Positions 1-7,421 of a stretch of 26,234 nucleotides of DNA are shown piece after piece. This stretch comes from an uncultured Burkholderiaceae bacterium (GTDB taxonomy: Bacteria; Pseudomonadota; Gammaproteobacteria; Burkholderiales; Burkholderiaceae_C), in assembly GCA_964432095.1 (NCBI GenBank), contig CAYSMM010000002.1:1-26234 (forward strand), read 5' to 3'. The position numbers and the translations under genes were made by a program. Within the stretch, counting starts at the first letter, position 1. Every line of letters starts with the position of its first letter. Below the pieces are notes generated by a model. That model made no database searches. It was not told where the DNA came from and was given only the letters and a program-made list of their open reading frames with translations.

Positions 1-269
1 AGCAGATCGCTCACCTCGCCATCGCCCATGTCGTGCGTGCCCTCGCTTGCGCCCGTACCGCGAAAATTGAAGCGCACGGACGCCAGGCCCAACTGTACGA
101 ATGCCCGAGCCAGCGTCTGCACCACCTTGTTGTCCATCGTGCCGCCGAATAACGGGTGCGGATGCGCCACCACCGCCAGGCCCAGCGGCGCGCCTTGCGG
201 CAAGTCGAGTGCGCATTCGATGCGGCCCGCGGGCCCGGCAATCGAGAGCCGCTGTGTTTGAGCGTTCAT
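1..269 (-). CDS. Alpha/beta hydrolase, 5' part (runs off the window start)
   Basis: Manual translation from the ATG at 269: MNAQTQRLSIAGPAGRIECALDLPQGAPLGLAVVAHPHPLFGGTMDNKVVQTLARAFVQLGLASVRFNFRGTGASEG. The HPHPxxGGTMxNKVV and RFNFRG motifs are typical of this family. It is absent from the ORF track because it has no stop in the window. Confidence 0.9.
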   Translation of the reverse strand, partial: MNAQTQRLSIAGPAGRIECALDLPQGAPLGLAVVAHPHPLFGGTMDNKVVQTLARAFVQLGLASVRFNFRGTGASEGTHDMGDGEVSDL

Positions 270-315
270 GGGCTTGGACGGTGAAATACGAATTGGTAAA
301 AAGTCAGAAAACCAT

Positions 316-386
316 GTACTTCATGCTGTATAATCATGTTACTGGTTTTTAGTAGAGCAGAAATGGTATTATACATAGTACAGTAT
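316..386 (+). repeat. 71-bp dyad-symmetric intergenic element, copy A
   Basis: GTAC-ttcatgct-GTATA-atcatgtt-ACTGG-tttttagtaga-GCAGA-aatggtat-TATAC-atagtaca-GTAT; about 31% GC; ends about 20 bp from the ferredoxin stop. Confidence 0.85.
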
Positions 387-407
387 CAATGTACTATCGT
401 GCCTTGC

Positions 408-743
408 TTATGCCTCGGGCTCATCGGGCAGACGCAGCCTTGCAACCGGTACGCCATTCTTCAGGTGACTTTCGACGATTTCATCGAGGTCGTGTTGGTC
501 GACATACGTGTACCAGACGTTGTCGGGGTACACCACCGCACAGGGGCCTAGTTCGCACCGTTCCAGGCAGCCCGAGGTGTTGACGCGTACCATGCCCGGG
601 CCCTTCAATCCCATGGCCTTGATCTTGTCCTTCACATAATTCACGGCCTGCTCAGCCCCCTGTGCTGCACAACATGGCCGCGGCGCATCGGCAGGCCGCT
701 GGTTCTGGCAAAAGAAAATGTGATGGCGGTAGTAAGACGGCAT
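408..743 (-). CDS. Thioredoxin-like [2Fe-2S] ferredoxin
   Basis: HIFFCQNQR...CC...SGCLERCELGP...VVYPDNVWY motif. Start moved to MPSYY (743) because the upstream extension overlaps the VanZ gene. Confidence 0.9.
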   Translation of the reverse strand: MPSYYRHHIFFCQNQRPADAPRPCCAAQGAEQAVNYVKDKIKAMGLKGPGMVRVNTSGCLERCELGPCAVVYPDNVWYTYVDQHDLDEIVESHLKNGVPVARLRLPDEPEA

Positions 744-807
744 GAGCGACCCGGGTTGAGGAGTGAGTGAAAAGCGCGGAGCGCGTGCAAGTGCACAAGG
801 CGTAATT

Positions 808-1911
808 TTAGTTTTTCGCTGAAACCGCCCTGCGAAACAGGTAAAGCAACGCCGCAAACGGCCATAGCATCGACAGCCAGTGCGCCAACCCATGCAGGCG
901 TATCCAGCGCCCTTGCTGCCATTGCCGCAAGTTGAGGTCGTAGTAGGGATCTTCAGGCAGTTGATTCATCATCGCCAGCAGCAGCACCGCTACTGCCAGG
1001 CCCGCCACGGCGCCCATGCGCGGCGGTGCAAACGACAAACCCAGCGCCACAAGCGTACCCGCTGCGAGCGGCGCGATGTTATCGGCGCTGACCCACTCCA
1101 GCGCATGCAGCGGGCCGTAGCTCATGGCTTGCGACAATGTTGTGGCTGCTGCGCCAGCTGCCAGCACTGCGAGTGTGAGCCACACGCGCGGCGCACGCGG
1201 CTGCGCGATGCTGGCGACAAGCAAGCCCAGAAGCATGCACGCCAGCGCCGGCAGCGCCTGTTGTTGCGGCTCCGACAAACCCGCAGGAGACCAGCCTGCC
1301 AGCCATTGCGCCAAGCTCGTGTCATTCTGCGTGTGCTGCGACAGCCAATCGGTGAACGATGCCACCACGTTGCCCGTGCCAAACAGCACTGGCTGTGGAT
1401 ACAGCAAGGCCGCTGGCCATAAGCCCAGTAGAAGAAGCCCATAGCTGGCGTCGCTGGAAAACCAGTCGTGCCGCGCGATGTACAGCGCGTTGGTAGCACG
1501 CAGCCGCGGAATCACCAGCGCCGCAAGCGCCGCACCCACCAGCGCCCCGGCGGTATTGAGGCCCCAATCCACATTCGACGGTATGCGCTGCGGCATGAAG
1601 CTCTGCGCGGCCTCCATCACGAACGACACCGCAAGCGCCAGCATTGTCGCGGCCAAAACCACTGCCACGCCGCGCAAGCGAGGCAATATCGCAGCGACCA
1701 AAAAAAACCCCAGCGGTACATAGCCCAGCACATTGAGCCAGATGTCTTGCCGTGTGATGTAGCGCGGCCAAGGCGCAGTGACGAAGGCCCAGGGCGCGAT
1801 GCCACGGTATGCCCAGCCCGCAAACGGATACAAGCTGGCATACACCACGACAGCCGCGTACACCGCGAGCGCATAACGCGTCAACGGGGAGGGCTGAAGC
1901 GAGTGCATCAT
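808..1911 (-). CDS. VanZ-family membrane protein
   Basis: SLYPF...D..LNVLGYVPLGFF...E..Q.FMP.R.PSNVDW.LN..G signature; many hydrophobic helices; TGATG overlap with the hemJ stop. Confidence 0.85.
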   Translation of the reverse strand: MMHSLQPSPLTRYALAVYAAVVVYASLYPFAGWAYRGIAPWAFVTAPWPRYITRQDIWLNVLGYVPLGFFLVAAILPRLRGVAVVLAATMLALAVSFVMEAAQSFMPQRIPSNVDWGLNTAGALVGAALAALVIPRLRATNALYIARHDWFSSDASYGLLLLGLWPAALLYPQPVLFGTGNVVASFTDWLSQHTQNDTSLAQWLAGWSPAGLSEPQQQALPALACMLLGLLVASIAQPRAPRVWLTLAVLAAGAAATTLSQAMSYGPLHALEWVSADNIAPLAAGTLVALGLSFAPPRMGAVAGLAVAVLLLAMMNQLPEDPYYDLNLRQWQQGRWIRLHGLAHWLSMLWPFAALLYLFRRAVSAKN

Positions 1912-2333
1912 CAGAAGGGCTTGACCACCACCAGGATGACCGTTGCCGCAAACATGAGCACCGAAAGCTCATTGAATACACGAAACCATTTGTGGCTGCG
2001 GGTGTTTGCGCCCTGCTCGAACTGCCGCAGCACGCGCTTGCAATAGTGCTGATAGCCGACCGCCAGCACCACCAGCGCCAGCTTGGCATGCATCCAGCCC
2101 GCGCCTTTGCCAATGCCGTAGTAAAGCCACAGCGCCAGGCCCAGCGCGAGTGCGACGATCATGAGCAGAGTGCCAAAGCGGTATAGCTTGCGGCCCATCA
2201 GCAGCAGCCGGTCTCGCTCGGCCTCACTGCTAGCCGGTACCATGGCCAGGTTGACAAAGATGCGCGGCAGGTAAAACAGCGCTGCAAACCAGCTGGCCAC
2301 AAAAATGATGTGAAAGGCTTTGACCCAGAGCAT
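1911..2333 (-). CDS. hemJ: HemJ (CopD-like) protoporphyrinogen IX oxidase
   Basis: MLWVKAFHIIFVASWFAALFYLPRIFV...WMHAKL...WFRVFNE...VVVKPF; start moved to 2333. Confidence 0.88.
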   Translation of the reverse strand: MLWVKAFHIIFVASWFAALFYLPRIFVNLAMVPASSEAERDRLLLMGRKLYRFGTLLMIVALALGLALWLYYGIGKGAGWMHAKLALVVLAVGYQHYCKRVLRQFEQGANTRSHKWFRVFNELSVLMFAATVILVVVKPF

Positions 2334-2391
2334 GCAGAGGATTGTATGCAGTCGGTCTCCCTGTCTCACTCAGGCACGCGGCGAGATCACA

Positions 2392-2658
2392 TTAGCTATA
2401 GACCTCACGCCGGTTGCCGAGTTGCACCACCAGCACGCGGATCGTGCCGTCTTGAATATCGCAAATCACCCGGCAGTCGCCCACATGGTAGCGCCACAGG
2501 CCGCCGAGTGTTCCGGTCAGTGCCTTGCCCTTGCTGCGAGGGTCGTCCAGCACTGCAATGCGTTGATCCATGTAGTCGAGAATCCGTCGCGCAGTGGGTT
2601 TGTCCATCTTACGCAACTGCGTGCGCGCGGTGTGGGTGTACTCAATCGTCCAGGCCAA
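2392..2658 (-). CDS. RelE/ParE-superfamily (RelE/StbE-type) toxin
   Basis: 88 aa; PRSKGKALTG.LGGLWRY.VGD.RVICDIQD...LVVQLGNRREVY; directly downstream of an RHH antitoxin gene. Confidence 0.9.
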   Translation of the reverse strand: MAWTIEYTHTARTQLRKMDKPTARRILDYMDQRIAVLDDPRSKGKALTGTLGGLWRYHVGDCRVICDIQDGTIRVLVVQLGNRREVYS

Positions 2659-2869
2659 GATCGCGCCTTACGTCCGCAGCCGAATGCACTTTCTCCTGCC
2701 CCTTGCGCACCCGCTCCAGCACCTCGGCCGCGAGGTAGTAGTCCTCCAGATCGTCAATGTGCTGTTCGATGATCTCTCGCAGGTAATACGCCTTTGTACG
2801 GCCAGTCTGACTGGCAAGAAAGTCGAGCCGTTGCTCAATGTCCGGCGCAAGCCGAATGGACGTTGCCAT
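2642..2869 (-). CDS. Ribbon-helix-helix (CopG/RelB-like) antitoxin
   Basis: 75 aa; MATSIRL...EQRLDFLASQTGRTKAYYLREII...LEDYYLA; overlaps the toxin start by 17 bp. Confidence 0.88.
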   Translation of the reverse strand: MATSIRLAPDIEQRLDFLASQTGRTKAYYLREIIEQHIDDLEDYYLAAEVLERVRKGQEKVHSAADVRRDLGLDD

Positions 2870-2893
2870 GATTGCGTCACCCCAGTTGAATGC

Positions 2894-2920
2894 GTGTATT
2901 CACTGTAGTTAGTGTATCAC
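2894..2920. promoter_or_regulatory. Candidate TA autoregulatory operator (two GTG-tat(t)-CAC boxes)
   Basis: GTGTATTCAC (2894-2903) and GTGTATCAC (2912-2920) lie 25-50 bp upstream of the antitoxin start. RHH antitoxins commonly bind tandem short palindromes. Confidence 0.35.
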
Positions 2921-3009
2921 TTGGCCTCTATGGTGCACTTGTTCTTGCACCAGTGGCAGGTGAGTTACACAGTTTGCACGGCACCCGAGGCCAAGTGACG
3001 ATTGCGCAG

Positions 3010-3043
3010 AAAAAAGCCCCGGCGGCCTTGCAGCAACCGGGGC
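3010..3043 (-). terminator. Intrinsic terminator
   Basis: GCCCCGG...CCGGGGC stem (3016-3043) followed by U6 (A-run at 3010-3015 on the + strand). Confidence 0.75.
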
Positions 3044-3116
3044 GAAAAGCCTTAAAAACGCTAAGGCTCCCGCTCAGGGAGGAAAAGCGGGGATTCCAGG
3101 CTTTCGCCCGGAATCG
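3010..3116 (-). ncRNA. Candidate small RNA (~107 nt) with an anti-SD loop
   Basis: Four consecutive hairpins on the minus strand: a 10-bp stem with GAAA loop (3092-3115), CCCGCT-UUUCCUCCCUG-AGCGGG (3069-3091), AGCCUUA/UAAGGCU (3048-3068), and a terminator with U6. It has its own -35/-10. Confidence 0.6.
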
Positions 3117-3122
3117 TTGCCA

Positions 3123-3150
3123 AGTGTAATGGCAAGTATGCTGGCGGCAA
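3123..3150 (-). promoter_or_regulatory. Candidate sigma70 promoter for the sRNA
   Basis: TTGCCG (3150-3145), 16-bp spacer, TACACT (3128-3123); implied start at about 3116, right at the first hairpin. Confidence 0.5.
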
Positions 3151-3210
3151 AGCACGAAGGCGACAATTAGAGGCTTGGCCCCAGCGGATGTCGCACAATA
3201 CGCGCAATAG

Positions 3211-4221
<1,011 letters not shown>

Positions 4222-4248
4222 TGCGATCATAGTGCGCGAGCCCGACCC

Positions 4249-5373
4249 ATGCGCGTGTTTCACATCAACAGCCGTGTGAGCGAAGCCGGCGAGTTGCCGC
4301 AGCAATTGCCTGAGCAGGGCTTTGTGTGGGCGTCGTTCAGCCGACGCGAGTTTGAAATCAGCGCTCCCGACTTGCAAGCTGCGCTGGTGCGTTTTGGTCT
4401 GCAGCCGCTGATGGACTTGCATCTGACCGATATGCTCAACAATCAGTTGCCCTCGCACTATGACTACACCACGCAGTACGACATCCTGGTGTTTCGGCGC
4501 CTGGCGGCGGGTCAGTCCGAGCGTGACCCGAACAAGCCCGGCGCCTTGCTCACGCAGCGCCTGAGCAGCAGCGGTCCGCCCGTGCTGCGCCGTATCGACA
4601 CCAGCCCCGTGGCCTTTGCCTTGTTCGACCGGTTTTTGATTACCGTGCACCCAGCCGACTGTAGCGTGCGTGAGAACTTTGCTGCACGCCTGTTGAATGT
4701 GGGCAACTCGGCGATTCAAGAAGTAACGACACTGGACTCGCGCGGTGTGAGCCGCCTGCCCTCCAGCGCTGCCGACTTGATGATGCGCCTGGTCAACACC
4801 ATGGTCGACGGTTACCTGGAGCTGCGCCGCGAGTTGACCAAACAGCTCGACCATTGGCAAGCCGAGCTGCTCGATCCATCCACGCGCTTTACCAACTGGA
4901 AGTCGCTGCTCGACGCGCGCAGTGCGCTGCATTCGCTAGACGATATTTGCGAAGATCAACGCGGCGCCGTGCAGGAGTGGATCGACACGCTCGAAGAGTG
5001 GCCCGAACCCGAGACGCCCACTGCGCGGCGCGAGCGAGACGCGCTCAAAGTGCGCTCGCGCGACGTGCTCGAGCACATCGAGCGCGTGGTGCATCACGTG
5101 CGCCGGCTCGAAGCGACGGCGGAGTCTGCGGTGCAAATGCATTTTTCGGCCGTGGCCAATCGCACCAACGCCACCATGCGCACGCTCACTGCGCTCACCG
5201 CCATCTTTTTGCCACTCAACCTCATCACCGGCATCTTCGGCATGAACTTTGAGCGCATGCCGTTTTTAAAGGAGAGCTGGGGCTTTGCGTTTGCCATGTC
5301 GTGCATGCTGCTCGTGGCCTTGCTGATTGTTCTGGTGTTCATGCAAAAGCGCTACCTGCGCTCGCGCGGCTGA
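4249..5373 (+). CDS. CorA-family Mg2+/Co2+ transporter
   Basis: C-terminal TAIFLPLNLITGIFGMNF (GMN motif) plus a second TM helix. Confidence 0.92.
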   Translation: MRVFHINSRVSEAGELPQQLPEQGFVWASFSRREFEISAPDLQAALVRFGLQPLMDLHLTDMLNNQLPSHYDYTTQYDILVFRRLAAGQSERDPNKPGALLTQRLSSSGPPVLRRIDTSPVAFALFDRFLITVHPADCSVRENFAARLLNVGNSAIQEVTTLDSRGVSRLPSSAADLMMRLVNTMVDGYLELRRELTKQLDHWQAELLDPSTRFTNWKSLLDARSALHSLDDICEDQRGAVQEWIDTLEEWPEPETPTARRERDALKVRSRDVLEHIERVVHHVRRLEATAESAVQMHFSAVANRTNATMRTLTALTAIFLPLNLITGIFGMNFERMPFLKESWGFAFAMSCMLLVALLIVLVFMQKRYLRSRG

Positions 5374-5407
5374 GCGCATGCCCGCTCCAATTACATCAGC
5401 TTCTCAT

Positions 5408-5478
5408 ATACTCCATATTCTATAAAGCCTTTACTGGTAATATTTATTGACTGAGAATCTGTATACTTATTGAAGTAA
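5408..5478 (+). repeat. 71-bp dyad-symmetric intergenic element, copy C
   Basis: ATAC-tccatatt-CTATA-aagccttt-ACTGG-taatatttatt-GACTG-agaatctg-TATAC-ttattgaa-GTAA; about 27% GC; right central half-site degenerate. Confidence 0.78.
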
Positions 5479-5708
5479 TCCAGTAATCGAATATCAAGCG
5501 AGCTTTGATCCGCACGCTTACAGCACCGTGCCTCGCCAGGCATTGATCTGCATTGTTCGGTATCCAGGTGCGCCAACCTGCGATCACCCGGTAGCTTTGA
5601 TGCAACGGGCTGATCACGGCGACTTGCTGGGCGCACGGCCGCAGCGAGGGCGGTGGCTATAAGCCGCTCGTGAGAGCGAGCGGGCTTGACCGCCGCGTTG
5701 CAGGGCTT

Positions 5709-5737
5709 TTGATTTTGCCGGCAAAGTACTGTATATT
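5709..5737 (+). promoter_or_regulatory. Candidate sigma70 promoter of the Y-family polymerase
   Basis: TTGATT (5709-5714), 17 bp, TATATT (5732-5737); the -10 lies inside the LexA box. Confidence 0.5.
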
Positions 5738-5746
5738 TAAACAGTA
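5727..5746. promoter_or_regulatory. LexA (SOS) box
   Basis: TACTGTATATTTAAACAGTA matches the beta/gammaproteobacterial CTG-N10-CAG consensus with TA flanks and abuts the start codon of an error-prone polymerase. Confidence 0.92.
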
Positions 5747-7023
5747 TGCTGCGCTACCTGGTACTGGATTTCAACTCGTACTTTGCCTCGGTTGAGCAAC
5801 AATTGCGGCCGCAGTTGCGCGGCCGCCCGGTGGGCGTGGTGCCAATGCTGGCCGACAGCACCTGCCTGATTGCGGCGAGCTACGAATGCAAGCGGCTCGG
5901 TGTCAAAACCCTCACGCGCGTACGCGACGCCAAGCGCATCATTCCCGACATCGTGCTCGTCCAGGCGCGGCATGCGGAGTACGTGCAGTTTCACGAGCGC
6001 GCGGTGAAAGTGGTCGATTCGATACTGCCGATCGAGAAGGTGATGTCGATTGACGAGATGGCGTGCGAGTTGCCCAAGCGCTTCAGCGCACCCGACGTGG
6101 CGCGTGTCAAGGCACAGGAAATCAAGAACGCAATCATGCGCGAGCTGGGCGAGTGTCTGAAGACGAGCGTGGGCATTGCGCCCAACATTTTCCTGGCCAA
6201 GCAGGCCAGCAATATGCAAAAGCCTGACGGTCTGACAGTCGTCACGCTCGACGACTTGCCGCACAAACTCTATGCGCTCAAACTGGGCGATCTCACCGGC
6301 ATTGGCCCGCGCATGTTGAGGCGCCTCAACGCGCAAGGCATTCACACCATAGAGCAATTGTGGGCGCTGAACAAAGATCAACTGCACAGTCTTTGGGGCG
6401 GAGTGGGTGGCAGCGACTTTTACGATCAGCTGCGCGGCGAAACAGCCACCCGGCGTCAAGAAGGCGGCAAGAGCATCAGCCAAAGCCATGTGTTGCCGCC
6501 CGACATGCGCACCCTCAAAGACGCCTATGCTGTGCTCGACCGGTTGACGCAAAAGGCGGCCATGCGATTACGCAAGGCGTCGCTGGTGGCGTGTCATATG
6601 CACATCGTGGTGAAGGCGGCGCATCACTTTCGAGACGCGGGTAGCAAAATGAGTTGGGAGGCTGGCGCGGGTCTGGCCGAGACGCAAGACACGCAAGCCT
6701 TTGTGCGTTGCCTCAAAGAGCTATGGAAGCAGATCGAGCAACAGGCACGCAGCGCGCATGACGAGCGTGCGGTGCCCTATCAAGTGGCCATGGTGTTCAG
6801 CGGATTGATGCCGCTATCGCAATACACGCCTGATTTATTCGCGCAGGCCGAGGTGCAGCAAAAGCGTGCCCGCCCGCAAGAAAAACTCAACAAAGCCGTC
6901 GATGCCTTGAACGTGCGCTATGGCAAGAACACCTTGTACTTCGGCGCGGCGCATGAGGCCAAAGCACATGCGGGCATGGCAATCGCGTTCAATCACATTC
7001 CCGATCTTGAGACGGAGCGGTGA
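5746..7023 (+). CDS. Y-family DNA polymerase (DinB/UmuC-like)
   Basis: LDFNSYFASVEQ, AASYECKRLGVKT, catalytic SIDE, SVGIAPNIFLAK, DLTGIG; UmuC-like tail AVDALNVRYGKNTL. Confidence 0.93.
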   Translation: MLRYLVLDFNSYFASVEQQLRPQLRGRPVGVVPMLADSTCLIAASYECKRLGVKTLTRVRDAKRIIPDIVLVQARHAEYVQFHERAVKVVDSILPIEKVMSIDEMACELPKRFSAPDVARVKAQEIKNAIMRELGECLKTSVGIAPNIFLAKQASNMQKPDGLTVVTLDDLPHKLYALKLGDLTGIGPRMLRRLNAQGIHTIEQLWALNKDQLHSLWGGVGGSDFYDQLRGETATRRQEGGKSISQSHVLPPDMRTLKDAYAVLDRLTQKAAMRLRKASLVACHMHIVVKAAHHFRDAGSKMSWEAGAGLAETQDTQAFVRCLKELWKQIEQQARSAHDERAVPYQVAMVFSGLMPLSQYTPDLFAQAEVQQKRARPQEKLNKAVDALNVRYGKNTLYFGAAHEAKAHAGMAIAFNHIPDLETER

Positions 7024-7215
7024 GTCAGCATCAATCCTCAGCATGGCTTTTGGGATAACAACCGCAAGGTCATCAGTATCTGGCACAGGTTGACAGCGCA
7101 GCGGCGACATAACGCCGCAGAGATCACAACCCGGCACATACACGCGTCGCGTATATGCAATCCACGCTGCGCATAGTTTCAAGACCCTGTCACACCCGCT
7201 TTCTAATATTTCATC

Positions 7216-7285
7216 ACTCAGTTTCATTTCTCCTGAAATCTGAGGTTTCCATTTACGGGCGGCCTTAAGGCCGCTCTTTTCTTTT
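7216..7285 (+). ncRNA. Candidate small RNA (~70 nt) with a CU-rich loop
   Basis: CTCAG-TTTCA-[TTTCTCC]-TGAAA-t-CTGAG hairpin (7217-7244), then a strong terminator; TAATAT at 7204-7209 could be a -10, but there is no convincing -35. Confidence 0.4.
7257..7285 (+). terminator. Intrinsic terminator
   Basis: GGGCGGCC-TTAA-GGCCGCTC followed by TTTTCTTTT. Confidence 0.8.
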
Positions 7286-7421
7286 GTGCTGTGCATCTGC
7301 ACGCCAGTCATTGCGTACGACGCAATAGTTCTACTGCAGTGGCGCAGACCTTCAATACGCAAGTTGTTGCAACTCTTAACGTCTCGGCTGGTTCGTTAAA
7401 GCACGATGACAGGAGAGATGC

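Noticed and set aside
1700-1707. A8 homopolymer in the VanZ gene as a phase-variation tract
   Set aside because: It encodes ordinary Phe-Phe-Leu in an intact frame and is short for a contingency locus.
2890-2970. AT-richer stretch upstream of the TA pair as another copy of the element
   Set aside because: GTAT and CCAGT are present but not at the element's spacing. It is better explained as the TA promoter/operator.
5391-5636. 81-aa minus-strand ORF with a protein-like AT-rich tail
   Set aside because: The tail is just the reverse reading of element copy C. There is no RBS, no recognisable motif, and the composition is mixed.
7362-7374. AGTTG-ttg-CAACT palindrome or a Fur box upstream of the TonB receptor
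   Set aside because: The arms are only 5 bp and there is no resemblance to the 19-bp Fur consensus.
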